The notes under the pieces were generated by a model, which searched no databases, had not been told where the DNA came from, and saw only the letters and a program-made list of their open reading frames with translations. A program made the position numbers and the translations under genes. DNA of 64,000 nt. Origin: Alphaproteobacteria bacterium (lineage in GTDB: Bacteria; Pseudomonadota; Alphaproteobacteria; MPNO01; UBA830). The DNA lies in contig OZ219791.1 of the NCBI GenBank assembly GCA_964291215.2, positions 1,952,001-2,016,000 on the forward strand, written 5' to 3'. Positions 39,664-50,509 of this stretch are shown here, in pieces (the stretch's first letter is position 1; every line of letters starts with the position of its first letter).

Positions 39664-41133
39664 ATGCCAGCTCCCATTGAACTCAAGGATTCCGCGCTTT
39701 TCCGCGAGGCCTGCTACATCGACGGCGAATGGGTCGGCGCCGGGTCCAACGAGACCATGGACGTCACCAATCCGGCGACCGGCGAGATTCTCGGCACCGT
39801 CCCGCGCCTTGGTGTCGAAGAGACACGCCGCGCCATCGAAGCCGCCAACGATGCCTGGCCGGCATGGCGGGCGCGGACGGCCAAGGACAGGGCGGCGGTC
39901 CTGCGACGCTGGCACGAGTTGATGGTCGACAACCAGGACGATCTTGCCCGGATGATGACGGCCGAGCAGGGCAAGCCGCTCAAGGAGTCCATGGGTGAAA
40001 TCCTCTATGCGGCCTCGTTCATCGAGTGGTTTGCCGAGGAGGGCAAGCGCGTCTACGGGGATACGATCCCGCAGCACGCTCCGGGCAAGCGCATTGTCGT
40101 GACCAAGGAACCGGTCGGCGTCTGCGCGGCGATCACGCCGTGGAACTTTCCCGCCGCCATGATCACGCGCAAGGCGGGGCCGGCGCTGGCGGCCGGCTGC
40201 ACGATGGTGCTCAAGCCTGCAAGCGCGACGCCCTACTCGGCGCTGGCTCTTGCTGAGCTCGGTGAACGGGCGGGATTGCCTGCCGGCGTCTTCAGCGTCG
40301 TGACCGGCTCATCCGGCGCCATCGGCGGCGAACTGACATCCAATCCGCTTGTTCGTAAGCTTACCTTCACCGGGTCGACCGAAATCGGCAAGCTACTCCT
40401 CGAGCAATGCGCCGGGACCGTCAAGAAAACCTCCATGGAGCTTGGCGGCAATGCGCCGTTCATCGTCTTCGACGATGCCGACCTCGACGAGGCCGTGGCT
40501 GGCGCCATGGCCTCGAAGTTCCGCAATACCGGGCAGACCTGCGTGTGCGCCAACCGGCTGCTGGTCCAGGACGGCGTTTACGAGACGTTTTCGAGGAGGC
40601 TGACCGAGGAAGTGGAGAAGATGAAGATCGGCGACGGGCTTGCGGGGGAGACCGACCAGGGACCGCTGATCGACATGGCCGCCGTCGAGAAGGTGGAGGA
40701 GCACATCGGAGACGCCGTGACCAAGGGCGCGAAGCTGGTCACAGGCGGCGACCGCCATGACCTCGGCGGCACCTTCTTCACGCCGACCGTGCTGACCGAC
40801 GTGACGACCGAGATGAAGGTCACTCGGGAGGAAACGTTTGGCCCGGTGGCGCCGCTTTACCGCTTCGAGACCGAGAAACAGGCGCTGGCCATGGCCAACG
40901 ATACCGAGTTCGGACTCGCCGCCTATTTCTACAGCCGTGATATCGGCCGAATCTGGCGCGTTATGGAAGGCCTCGAATATGGGATCGTCGGCGTCAACGA
41001 GGGAATCATCTCGACTGAGGTGGCACCGTTCGGAGGCATGAAGGAATCGGGCGTCGGACGCGAGGGCTCCAAATACGGGATAGAGGACTTCCTCGAGGTC
41101 AAGTACGGCCTGATCGGCGGCATCGGCGCCTGA
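39664..41133 (+). CDS. gabD: NAD(P)-dependent succinate-semialdehyde dehydrogenase
   Basis: ITPWNFP, FTGSTEIG, MELGGNAP, GQTCVC, EETFGP; strong AGGAGG RBS. Confidence 0.92.
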   Translation: MPAPIELKDSALFREACYIDGEWVGAGSNETMDVTNPATGEILGTVPRLGVEETRRAIEAANDAWPAWRARTAKDRAAVLRRWHELMVDNQDDLARMMTAEQGKPLKESMGEILYAASFIEWFAEEGKRVYGDTIPQHAPGKRIVVTKEPVGVCAAITPWNFPAAMITRKAGPALAAGCTMVLKPASATPYSALALAELGERAGLPAGVFSVVTGSSGAIGGELTSNPLVRKLTFTGSTEIGKLLLEQCAGTVKKTSMELGGNAPFIVFDDADLDEAVAGAMASKFRNTGQTCVCANRLLVQDGVYETFSRRLTEEVEKMKIGDGLAGETDQGPLIDMAAVEKVEEHIGDAVTKGAKLVTGGDRHDLGGTFFTPTVLTDVTTEMKVTREETFGPVAPLYRFETEKQALAMANDTEFGLAAYFYSRDIGRIWRVMEGLEYGIVGVNEGIISTEVAPFGGMKESGVGREGSKYGIEDFLEVKYGLIGGIGA

Positions 41134-41206
41134 TGGCGGTTGAGCGCGGCACTTCGGTCGACGCCGGCCGCCAGCCTGGCAAGGCGCAGATCCCCGGACC
41201 GTCCTG

Positions 41207-42565
41207 ATGGCGGACTACGACTTCGACTTGTTCGTCATCGGCGCAGGATCCGGCGGCGTGCGGGCAAGCCGCATGTCGGCGTCCTACGGCGCCCGGGTGG
41301 CAATCGCTGAGGAACGCTTCCTGGGGGGAACCTGCGTCAATGTCGGCTGCATTCCCAAGAAGCTCTTCTCCTACGGCGCGCACTATGCGGAAGACGCCGA
41401 TGATGCCGCCGCCTACGGCTGGAGCTTCGGGCATCCGGACCTGCACTGGCGGACCCTGATCGAAAACAAGAACCGGGAGATTGCGCGCCTCAACGGGATC
41501 TATCGCAACATTCTCGAGAGCAGCGGCGTCACGCTGTTCGAGGCCCGCGCCACCCTCGTCGATGCGCATACGCTCGATGTCGGCGGCGAAAGGGTGACGA
41601 CCGAGACCATCCTGATCGCTGTCGGCGGAAAGCCGCAGGTTCTCTCGATTCCCGGTGGCGAGCACGCCATCGTGTCGGACGACGCGTTCTATCTCGAAGA
41701 GAGGCCTGACCGCGTCGTCGTGGTCGGCGGTGGATACATCGCCGTCGAGTTCGCATCGATCTTCAGCGGCTACGGAGCCGAGACGACCCTCATATACAGG
41801 CGCGACCTCTTTCTCCGCGGCTTCGACATCGACATCCGCCGGCACCTTGCCGGACAGATGTCGGACAAGGGGATCGAACTGGTGTGGAACGAGGTCGTCG
41901 ATCGCATTGAAGCCACGGATGACGGACTCCGTGCCACCCTCGGAAGCGGCGAGGTGCGGGCGGCGGACCAGGTGATGTATGCCATTGGCAGAACGCCCAA
42001 TACCGCGAATATCGGTCTTGAGGAGGCTGGCGTCGCGCTGACGCCGGGGGGCACCGTCATCGTCGATGACTATTTCCGCACCAGCGTCGACAATATCTAC
42101 GCGCTCGGCGACATCATCGACCGGTACCAGTTGACCCCGGTCGCGATCGGCGAGGCCATGAAGCTCGCGTCCAACCTGTATAAGGGCACCCGGCTCACGA
42201 TGGACTATGCCGACATCCCGACCGCGGTATTCTCCAATCCGCCGATTGGGACGGTCGGTCTGACGGAGGAGGACGCACGGGCGCGCCACGGCGATGTCGT
42301 CGTGTATCGTTCGGAATTCCGGCCGCTCCGGCACACGCTCACCGGTTCCGACGAGCGGACGATGATGAAGTTGATCGTCGACAGGGCGTCGGACCGGGTT
42401 GTCGGCTGCCACATGGTCGGGCCCGATGCCGGCGAGATCGTTCAGGGGGTCGCAATCGCGCTGAAGTGCGGCGCGACCAAGGCCCAGTTTGATGCCACGG
42501 TAGGCATTCACCCGACCGCTGCCGAAGAGCTGGTCACGATGCGTGAACCGGTGGTTGCCGCCTAG
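41207..42565 (+). CDS. gor: Glutathione-disulfide reductase
   Basis: [35 protein letters not shown]. Confidence 0.95.
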   Translation: MADYDFDLFVIGAGSGGVRASRMSASYGARVAIAEERFLGGTCVNVGCIPKKLFSYGAHYAEDADDAAAYGWSFGHPDLHWRTLIENKNREIARLNGIYRNILESSGVTLFEARATLVDAHTLDVGGERVTTETILIAVGGKPQVLSIPGGEHAIVSDDAFYLEERPDRVVVVGGGYIAVEFASIFSGYGAETTLIYRRDLFLRGFDIDIRRHLAGQMSDKGIELVWNEVVDRIEATDDGLRATLGSGEVRAADQVMYAIGRTPNTANIGLEEAGVALTPGGTVIVDDYFRTSVDNIYALGDIIDRYQLTPVAIGEAMKLASNLYKGTRLTMDYADIPTAVFSNPPIGTVGLTEEDARARHGDVVVYRSEFRPLRHTLTGSDERTMMKLIVDRASDRVVGCHMVGPDAGEIVQGVAIALKCGATKAQFDATVGIHPTAAEELVTMREPVVAA

Positions 42566-42591
42566 GCGGCCGAAACACGGGAGAGGGACCG

Positions 42592-43452
42592 ATGGGAGTT
42601 ATCACGGATGTCGTTCTGCCACTCGCGCTGGCCTTCATCATGTTCGCGCTGGGCCTCGGCCTGACGTTTGACGATTTTGTGCGCGTCGCGAAACAGCCGC
42701 GGGACTTTCTTGTCGGCGCGGTCTCGCAGCTCATCCTCCTGCCGGTGGTGGCATTCGTTCTGGTCAACATCTGGCCAATGGCGCCGGAGCTTGCCCTCGG
42801 CGTGATGATCATTGCCGCAGCGCCCGGCGGCGTGACCTCGAACGTCCTTACCGCGTTCGCCCGTGGCGATGTCGCGCTCTCGATCTCGCTGACCGCGATC
42901 ATCAGCCTGCTGTGCGTCATCACGGTCCCGCTCATCGTCGTGTTCTGCTACGAGCATCTGGTCGGCGCCGCCGCAACAAAGGATATTTCGGTCACCGCAC
43001 TCGCGGTCAATGTCGTCCTCATAGTCACGGTGCCCGTGCTGCTGGGTCTTCTCGTGCGGCGTTTCGCGGAGGGCTTCGCCATCCGCTTCGAGCGCCAGGC
43101 GCGCAGGATATCCGCCATCCTCTTTGTGCTGGTACTGGCTGGCGCCATCTTCCAGGAGCGCGACAACATCGTGCCGTATTTCGCCCAGGCCGGACTGGTT
43201 ACGCTGGTCCTCAATGTCGTGATGATGGTCCTCGCCTGGTTGATCGCGAGAGCCTGCGCGTCCGGCATCCGCCAGCGCATCGCCATCTCGATCGAATGCG
43301 GCCTGCAGAACGGAACCCTCGCCATCGCCGTCGCCGCCCTTGCCTTCGGCGGCGGCCTCACGGTCGTGCCCGCGGCTACCTACAGCCTGATCATGTTTGC
43401 AACCGCACTGATCCTCATCGGCGCGCTCAGGCGCAGCGTTCCGGTGCCCTGA
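42592..43452 (+). CDS. Bile acid:sodium symporter family transporter
   Basis: PGGVTSN, GDVALS, IECGLQNG. Confidence 0.93.
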   Translation: MGVITDVVLPLALAFIMFALGLGLTFDDFVRVAKQPRDFLVGAVSQLILLPVVAFVLVNIWPMAPELALGVMIIAAAPGGVTSNVLTAFARGDVALSISLTAIISLLCVITVPLIVVFCYEHLVGAAATKDISVTALAVNVVLIVTVPVLLGLLVRRFAEGFAIRFERQARRISAILFVLVLAGAIFQERDNIVPYFAQAGLVTLVLNVVMMVLAWLIARACASGIRQRIAISIECGLQNGTLAIAVAALAFGGGLTVVPAATYSLIMFATALILIGALRRSVPVP

Positions 43453-43465
43453 TCGTCGGCGCGGC

Positions 43466-44530
43466 CTAGAGGCTCAGCCGGCCGCCGATCTCCGGCGAGT
43501 CCTCGCGATAGCGGAAGGCGCGAAACACCCAGTTGACCGTCTCGCCCGTGAAGGTGTCGCCAAGATGGGGCGAGATGTACTCCCAGACCAGATCGCCGTC
43601 GCGCGTCACTTCGAAGATTCTCCCCCAGAGCCCTTCGCATATCAGGATGTTGCCGGTCCATAGCGGCTGTTGGCCGCTGATGTGATGGGAATGGAAGTTG
43701 CGCGACGGTGCATCCTTGTACACCCATTTTTCCTCGCCACTCTCCGGGTCCAGTTCGATGATGCGCGAAAACGGGTGCGGTTCATAGGTGCAGTCGCCGT
43801 TCGCGAACAGCAGTATGTTTCCGTTGTCCAGCATCTGCGGGTCGTGCTGGCCACCCCATGAGAAATCCGCATGTTCCCAGCTGAACTCGCCGGTGCCGCG
43901 ATCGATTATCGCGCAGGTGTTGATCGTGCGAAGGCTGATCAGGATGTCGCCGTTCTCGAGCGGGAAGGTCGTGTTGCACCATGCCCAGACCCGGCGGGAC
44001 ATCAGGGGATTTATCTCGTATTTCTCGATGTCCATCTGCCAGGCATGCCATTCGAATACAAGATTGCCGGCGGCATCGGCTTCGCGCACGACATCCGAAT
44101 ACATGCCGTTTTCGGGCGCTGAACCCGGCTGCCCGCCGCGTACGCGCCGGGCATGTTCCTCCGGCATCCTCTCCCATGCCGCATACAACGTGTGCCCGTT
44201 CGAAAGGCGCCAGCAGTCGTGATGCTGGAAGTGGTCGACATATTCGTTGACGATATTGCCGCTCCAGTCGAGCTCTTGCATGAGCCCGCCTTGGGCGCCG
44301 CCCTTGAATTCGGGTCCGGTTTCCGTCTCCGTCGCCACGAACAGGTTGCCGTTGGGAAGAAGCCTGGCATAGCCGCCGGGGCACCCCGCGAGGTCCCATT
44401 CGTGGACCACGTTGCCCTGCATGTCGATGATGAAGGTCTTGGCGTCCCACAACGGCGAAAACAGGGTGAAACCTGGAGTCGCCTGGCTGCTGTCGATGTG
44501 AGTAAGGCCAGTCTGCAGAATACGCATCAT
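43466..44530 (-). CDS. Arylsulfotransferase (ASST)-like beta-propeller protein
   Basis: HHD, N..L.NGDILISLR, QHDPQMLDNGNILLFANG, EVTRDGDLVWEY; no signal peptide. Confidence 0.8.
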   Translation of the reverse strand: MMRILQTGLTHIDSSQATPGFTLFSPLWDAKTFIIDMQGNVVHEWDLAGCPGGYARLLPNGNLFVATETETGPEFKGGAQGGLMQELDWSGNIVNEYVDHFQHHDCWRLSNGHTLYAAWERMPEEHARRVRGGQPGSAPENGMYSDVVREADAAGNLVFEWHAWQMDIEKYEINPLMSRRVWAWCNTTFPLENGDILISLRTINTCAIIDRGTGEFSWEHADFSWGGQHDPQMLDNGNILLFANGDCTYEPHPFSRIIELDPESGEEKWVYKDAPSRNFHSHHISGQQPLWTGNILICEGLWGRIFEVTRDGDLVWEYISPHLGDTFTGETVNWVFRAFRYREDSPEIGGRLSL

Positions 44531-44819
44531 TTGGGCTCCCGTTGGTGCGGAATTCAGCGTACCACATCGGCCGTTATGCATGCAGGATGCGCGAACCGGA
44601 TCCTGCACTTGACGACGATCGCGGGTCCGAAAGGCGCATCAACGCGACTGGAAGACGGGGAATCCAGATGGCCCGACTTGGCCCTGGAGAATTCCGTGAG
44701 ATCTGCAGCCCTTTGGGTTCCGCGCACAGTCGCACGTCACCGGGCCGGCTGTGCAGCAGGGAAGACGACGCACTCGTACGCCGGGCCTTGGTCAGACCGT
44801 CTCGGAGACGGCAATCCGC

Positions 44820-45030
44820 AGCCCCCTGCCGACCCCGATCGTCCCCGATACGTCAAGGCACGCGTTCGGATCCACGACTGTCCCAACGGCATCCTGGCCG
44901 TGTTCCACGGACCACGATTCCGCGTCCGGTACGGGAGCAATGGAGCCCCGTCGACACTCACACCCGGAAGCTCGCGTCATCCGCTTCGACGCGACCCGAA
45001 CCCGCCCTGTGGGCAGCTCCGCGCCTGACC
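44820..45030 (+). mobile_element. Transposase C-terminal relic (ISNCY/IS1202-like)
   Basis: RPRYVKARVRIHDCPNGILAVFHGPRFRVRYGSNG resembles the recalled VKAKVRVHEYPDG.LAVFHGPR tail. Confidence 0.6.
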
Positions 45031-45543
45031 ACTTCCCGATAGGGCCAGCAACCTCGACAGAAAGAGATGGACAATGGTACGAGAACTCGTTGATCGTGCC
45101 GATATCGTGCATTTCATGTGGGTTCATCCGGCGCGAAAGAAGGGGGATCGCGCCCAAACGAGAGTCTCTCACAAGCTGTTTGACGGCTGTACCAACGGTA
45201 CCTGTCCAGCGCTCGTACCGGCGACGAATGGCAGGCTGCCCCTTTTGGTCGGTCAGGACTACTCGTCGACGGATGCCTCTGGCAATGCAAGGGAGATGCT
45301 TGACGGGTTGGGAGCGTGCGGTCAGGTGCTGTCATCTATTCGGCTTCATCGATGGCGGCAGCTCGTTTGCTGCGGGCCTGTGTGGCGAAACGCGGATCGG
45401 GTCTAAGTCGCTTGCCGTCGCCACCGGTCGAAGGTGCATTGTGTCCTCGAGGTAAGTACCGAGTACCCGTTCCCAAGGCGCCTGCGAGAATGAGCTTTGT
45501 GATATCTTTGCGAAGACTTCACGAAGCAGCAGGGAGGCCACAG

Positions 45544-46335
45544 GTGGACGGATCAACAGAAGTGCGCAGCGCCTTTGCGACGGATGTACGCGATCGCGTG
45601 GTGATCGTTACAGGAGGTGGACAGGGTATCGGCCGCGTCTATGTACGTGAGTTCGCGAATTCCGGCGCACGCGTCATCGTTGCCGACATTGATGCCGCCA
45701 ACGCGGAGGCTGCTGCAAGCGAAATAGTCTCCGATGGCGGTCAGGCGCATGCCGTCCGGGTGGATGTCGGTGATGCCGGATCGGTGGAGGCGATGGCCGC
45801 GGCTGCGCGGAAAGCGTTCGGGCGGATCGATGTCCTGATCAACAATGCCGCGATCTTCTCCCAGCTCGACCGGCGCGGTTTCGAGGACATTCCTCTTGAG
45901 GAATGGAATCAGGTTCTGCACGTCAACATCACCGGCTCGATGATGTGCGCGCGTGCCGTGCTGCCGACCCTGCGCGCTGCCGGTTGGGGCCGCATCATCA
46001 ACATTTCCTCCTCCACGGTGCCGCTGGGGCTTCCGGGCTTCATGCACTACGTGACCTCGAAGGCTGCCGTGATCGGCATGACCCGGGCGATGGCGCGCGA
46101 GCTTGGTGCCGACGGCATCACGGTCAATGCGATCATGCCGGGACTGATCGAGACCGAGGTGGAAAATCGGGGAAGGACCGATGCTGTGCGCGAACGGGTC
46201 CTCGGCATGCAGTGCGTCGATTTCCTTGGCCGTCCGAACGACCTGGTCGGGATGCTCCTTTTCCTCGCCTCACCCGCCAGCGGCTATATGACCGGGCAGT
46301 CCGTCGCTGTCGACGGCGGTTGCGTGCATCTGTAG
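45544..46335 (+). CDS. SDR family oxidoreductase
   Basis: TGGGQGIG, NNAA, catalytic YVTSK; GGGAGG before GTG 45544. Confidence 0.92.
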   Translation: MDGSTEVRSAFATDVRDRVVIVTGGGQGIGRVYVREFANSGARVIVADIDAANAEAAASEIVSDGGQAHAVRVDVGDAGSVEAMAAAARKAFGRIDVLINNAAIFSQLDRRGFEDIPLEEWNQVLHVNITGSMMCARAVLPTLRAAGWGRIINISSSTVPLGLPGFMHYVTSKAAVIGMTRAMARELGADGITVNAIMPGLIETEVENRGRTDAVRERVLGMQCVDFLGRPNDLVGMLLFLASPASGYMTGQSVAVDGGCVHL

Positions 46336-46345
46336 GGAGGACGTC

Positions 46346-47380
46346 ATGGCCGGCGGGGATGAACTCTTTGTCAGGAACACATGGTATGTCTGCGCTTGGG
46401 GCGACGAGGTCGGCGCCCGACCGCTTCAGCGCTGGATATGCGGCGAGCCCATCGTGCTCTGGCGACGCTCCGACAACAGGGTGGCGGCGTTGGCGGACCG
46501 CTGTCCTCACCGTGACGCGCCGCTATCGCTGGGTAGCGTTGTGGGTGATGATCTCCAGTGCGGGTATCATGGTCTGCGCTTCGACGCCGCCGGCGTCTGC
46601 GTGCGAGTGCCGGGCGGAGAAAGTGTTCCGTCGGGGGCCTGTACCCGTGCCTACCCCGTCGTCGAACGCTGGGGGTGGGTCTTCGTCTGGCCCGGCAGAG
46701 CTGAACTTGCGGATCCGGTGATGATTCCCGACTACCACTGGAAGGACGATCCGGCTTGGACCGGCAAGGGTGAGACCCTGCCGGTGAAGGCCGGCTACGG
46801 TCTTCTGAGGGACAACCTGCTTGATCTCTCCCATGCCCATTTCGTTCATCGCCAGACGCTTGCCACCGACGGGGTGATCGAGTTCCCGATCGTGACCGAA
46901 GTCCATGACGACCGGCTGACCGTTCTTCGCGACATGCACGATATCGCCCCGTCGCCGTTTTTCAGGCGGATAGGCGGTTTCATCGGCAATGTCGACCACC
47001 GTCAGGAGATTGTGTTCACGCCGCCCGGAAATATCGTCATCAAGCTCCGGGTGGCCGACGTGAAACCGGCGAATCATGTCGTCGAGATGCGGGTTCTCAA
47101 CGCCCTGACGCCGGAAACCGAGAACACGAGCCTGTATTTCTGGTCGCTGGTGCGCAACACGAACCTTGACGACAGCCAGCTCACCGACTGGATGTTCGAG
47201 GCGAACCGCAGCACCTTCGACGAAGATGTCGCGGTCATCGAACCGCAGCAGGCGATGCTGGAGCGGGCCTCGGCGCCGGCGCGCCCGATCCGATGGAGCG
47301 TCGACAAGGGCGTGACCCAGGCGCAGCGTTGGGTTCAGCGCCTGATCGCGGAGGAGGCCCAAGACGCTGGCTCGGTATAG
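46346..47380 (+). CDS. Rieske non-heme iron oxygenase alpha subunit (VanA-like)
   Basis: CPHR...CGYHG Rieske motif, DNLLDLSHAHFVH, EDV. Confidence 0.92.
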   Translation: MAGGDELFVRNTWYVCAWGDEVGARPLQRWICGEPIVLWRRSDNRVAALADRCPHRDAPLSLGSVVGDDLQCGYHGLRFDAAGVCVRVPGGESVPSGACTRAYPVVERWGWVFVWPGRAELADPVMIPDYHWKDDPAWTGKGETLPVKAGYGLLRDNLLDLSHAHFVHRQTLATDGVIEFPIVTEVHDDRLTVLRDMHDIAPSPFFRRIGGFIGNVDHRQEIVFTPPGNIVIKLRVADVKPANHVVEMRVLNALTPETENTSLYFWSLVRNTNLDDSQLTDWMFEANRSTFDEDVAVIEPQQAMLERASAPARPIRWSVDKGVTQAQRWVQRLIAEEAQDAGSV

Positions 47381-47488
47381 GCTGCGAGCCCCGACCCTGC
47401 GGTCTTGACTGCAGCGGACGTTTGGATTACGCTTCGTCGGTAAGTCCAGTGAGACCGGTCGACGGGCCGGTGCCGACGGAGGCGGAAT

Positions 47489-47614
47489 ATGAAGATTGTC
47501 AACTCGCTCAAGTCCGCCAAGAAGCGGGACAGGTTCTGCCGGATTGTCCGTCGGCGTGGCCGGGTCTATGTGATCAACAAGCGCAACCCCCGTTTCAAGG
47601 CGCGTCAGGGCTGA
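47489..47614 (+). CDS. rpmJ: 50S ribosomal protein L36, zinc-free type B
   Basis: [41 protein letters not shown] (41 aa) with GGAGG RBS; too short for the ORF track. Confidence 0.97.
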   Translation: MKIVNSLKSAKKRDRFCRIVRRRGRVYVINKRNPRFKARQG

Positions 47615-47765
47615 AGAACGAACCGGTACCGTCGTCTTGCCGGAAGCAGATACGTTCAGACTCTTTCGGTACGTTTCCTGCGCCCCCGGAATTACCCGTA
47701 CCTGAGATGTGCCGGTCCGGCCGGAACCCTTGAGGCCGGCCGGGGTGATCGCAGCCGGAGGTACC

Positions 47766-49010
47766 ATGGCGCGGCCGGAATGCTTGGAATGCATACGATG
47801 CCGACAGGAATATCCGCTCGATGCCCTTGACCGGCAGTGCGGCCGATGCGTGGCTGACGGCGTTGCAAGCAATCTGACGCCTTGCTACCGCGCGACGGGT
47901 ACACCTCGTCGCGACGAGCCGGGCGCCATGTCCGATTCTCTCTGGCGCTACGCCGCGCATCTGCCGCAGGCCGCCGACCAACCTGTCACCCTGGGTGAAG
48001 GGATGACCCCGATGGTCGTGGTGGAAGGCTTTGGCCATGGTCCGATCCGGGTCAAGGACGAATCGCGGAATCCGACATGGTCGTTCAAGGATCGGCTAGC
48101 AACGGTGGCTGTCTCGTGGGCACGCGGCACCGGCGCCCGGATGATCGCCACGAGTTCGACGGGCAATGCCGGGGCCGCCGCCGCCGCCTATGCTGCCCGG
48201 GCGGGCCTGCCCTGCGTGGTGTTGACGTCGAAGGGGGGCGCACCGGCGATGGTGTCCCAGATGCGGGCCTACGGCGCCATGGTCGTCGCCGTTCCGGCGA
48301 TGGACGATCGATGGCGGGTGCTCTCACAGGCGGTCCGCGAGTTGGGCTGGTTTCCGACGTCTCCGTTTTTCGGGCCGGCCATTGGTAGCAATCCCATCGG
48401 GGTCGAAGGCTACAAGACGCTTGCCTATGAGATTGTCGAACAATCCGGCTGGCAGGCGCCGGGCTGGTGCGTGCTGCCGGTCTGTTACGGCGACGCGCTT
48501 TACGGGATGTGGAAGGGGTTCGAGGAGATGCGGCGCTGGGGCTGGATCGAGACCTGTCCGCGGCTGGTCGCGGCGGAAGTGTCCGGTTCGCTCTCTGCTG
48601 CGGCCGACAACGGTGTGGACATGCCGCCGGCGATGCTGCGCAACAGCGCGAGCGTAGCTGCCTCGATTGACACGAATCGGGGAACCTACCAGGCGCGGCA
48701 TGCCTTGAAGGAGTCCGGCGGGGTTGCCGTGGCGCTTGACGATGGGGCGCTGATCGATGCGCGGGACCGGCTGGCGGCCGGGTCCGGGCTGTTGGCAGAA
48801 GTATCCTCGGCGGCTGCATTCGCCGCGGTCGACGCGCTCGGCGCGAGCGGCACCATCCTGCCGGGCGACGATGTCGTTGCGGTACTGACCTCCGCGGGCA
48901 TCAAGGATTTCGGCGCATCCGGTATTCCGCAGCCGACCGCGCCCGAGGCGCTGCCGGACCTCGAATCGGTCCTGCGGGTCCTTGATGACGCCTATGGCTG
49001 TCGTGGCTGA
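47766..49010 (+). CDS. Threonine synthase-like PLP-dependent enzyme
   Basis: N-terminal CxxC...CxxC, LGEGMTP, NPTWSFKDR, SSTGNAG, EGYKT. Confidence 0.88.
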   Translation: MARPECLECIRCRQEYPLDALDRQCGRCVADGVASNLTPCYRATGTPRRDEPGAMSDSLWRYAAHLPQAADQPVTLGEGMTPMVVVEGFGHGPIRVKDESRNPTWSFKDRLATVAVSWARGTGARMIATSSTGNAGAAAAAYAARAGLPCVVLTSKGGAPAMVSQMRAYGAMVVAVPAMDDRWRVLSQAVRELGWFPTSPFFGPAIGSNPIGVEGYKTLAYEIVEQSGWQAPGWCVLPVCYGDALYGMWKGFEEMRRWGWIETCPRLVAAEVSGSLSAAADNGVDMPPAMLRNSASVAASIDTNRGTYQARHALKESGGVAVALDDGALIDARDRLAAGSGLLAEVSSAAAFAAVDALGASGTILPGDDVVAVLTSAGIKDFGASGIPQPTAPEALPDLESVLRVLDDAYGCRG

Positions 49011-49968
49011 CCTCAGCATCTCCATCGACGGCTTCTCGCCTGCCTGCGACATTGCGGCGCAGGCGCAGGCCGCGGAAGCCGGCGGCGCGAAGACGCTCTG
49101 GATAGCTACCCATCTCTTCCTGCGTGATCCCGTCGCGCTGGCGGCGACAGCGTTGGCTGCCACGCGGAGCCTCAGGGTCGCGCTGATGGCAGTCAGCCCC
49201 TACGCGATGCATCCCGTTCATGCGGCGATGGCGGCGGCAACGCTCGACGAACTTCATCCGGGACGCGTCATTCTGTCGTTTGGCGCCGGCGCCCCGGCGG
49301 ATATGGCAGCGGCCGGAATCGATCGCCCGCGGCCGCTCGCCACGCTGTGCGAAGCGATTGCAATCTGCCGGGCGCTGTTCGGCGGCGGGTCTGCCGACCT
49401 GAACGGGGAAGTGTTTCGGGTTGCAGGAAGGCGGCTTGCCGGCGCGCCTTGCGCGGTGCCCATCATGCTTGCCGCGTCGGGCCCGAAAATGCTGGAACTG
49501 GCCGGCTCCCATTCGGATGGCGTCGTCATCTCCGGCGCGACATCTGCCCCGTTCGTGCGCGGGTGCCTTGATGTCGCGGAGCGTGGCAAGGGGGCGCGGC
49601 CGATCCGGCGGTGCGGTATAGTCTACGCGCAAATCGGCGGCGATGCGGGTGCTGTCGGCAACACGATACGGAGGACCCTGGGGTTTATCTTGCGCGGAGA
49701 ACACCATCGCATGAATGTGCACATGGGCGGCGCAGTCCTTGACCAGTCATCTCTTCGCGAAGCGTATGCGGCCGAGAACTGGGCGCGTGTCGACCGGCTG
49801 ATCAATGATGACGTCGTCGCCTCGCACGCCGCTTGCGGCGATGTGGACCATGTTCGGGCTCGGCTGGAAGCCTATGCCGATGCCGGGCTCGACGAGATCA
49901 TTCTCAACGGAATCGCCGAACCTGAAGCCATTCTTGCGACGCTCAGCGCGGTTGGAACACCTGAATAG
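48994..49968 (+). CDS. LLM-class flavin-dependent oxidoreductase
   Basis: ATLDELHPGRVILSFGAG and AASGPKMLELAG. Confidence 0.85.
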   Translation: MAVVADLSISIDGFSPACDIAAQAQAAEAGGAKTLWIATHLFLRDPVALAATALAATRSLRVALMAVSPYAMHPVHAAMAAATLDELHPGRVILSFGAGAPADMAAAGIDRPRPLATLCEAIAICRALFGGGSADLNGEVFRVAGRRLAGAPCAVPIMLAASGPKMLELAGSHSDGVVISGATSAPFVRGCLDVAERGKGARPIRRCGIVYAQIGGDAGAVGNTIRRTLGFILRGEHHRMNVHMGGAVLDQSSLREAYAAENWARVDRLINDDVVASHAACGDVDHVRARLEAYADAGLDEIILNGIAEPEAILATLSAVGTPE

Positions 49969-49980
49969 AGGGAGGAAGTC

Positions 49981-50277
49981 ATGGCAAAGGGGTATTGGGT
50001 AAGCTGCTACAGGTCGATCAGGAATACGGAGGCGCTGGCCGCGTACGCCGAGTTGGCGGGACCGGCGATCACTGCTGCGGGTGGACGGTTTCTGGCGCGC
50101 GGCGGCAGGGTCGAGGCCCACGAGGCCGGGGTGGCGGAACGGACCGTCATCGTCGAGTTCGACAGCTTCGATACGGCTGTCGCGACCTACGAGAGCGACG
50201 CGTACAAGGCAGCGCTCGCAGTTCTCGGTGATGCTGTCGAACGCGACCTCAGGATCGTGGAGGGATTCGACGGCTGA
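49981..50277 (+). CDS. DUF1330 domain protein
   Basis: MAKGYW, GGRFLARGG, VIVEFDS, RDLRIVEG. Confidence 0.92.
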   Translation: MAKGYWVSCYRSIRNTEALAAYAELAGPAITAAGGRFLARGGRVEAHEAGVAERTVIVEFDSFDTAVATYESDAYKAALAVLGDAVERDLRIVEGFDG

Positions 50278-50509
50278 GGAGCCTCTAACAGGGCCGCTAT
50301 CAGGGCTGGCGACGATGTCCCGATGCTGGCTTCAAGTCCTGTTTCGGGAAAATCGGTGTGTCCTGTCTCATGGATAACAATATCCTTCACGAGCCTGCCG
50401 ACCATGTTCCCGAAAACGACATCGCGCCGGAGATTGCGAAAAAGCCCGACGAAATTGCAGGGTGACCGAAAGCGTGGAGCCTAGTCCGAGGCATGACACC
50501 CGGTTTCGG

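Noticed and set aside
45074-45406. 110-aa ORF upstream of the SDR
   Set aside because: No recognisable motif and atypical codon usage; probably relic or non-coding sequence.
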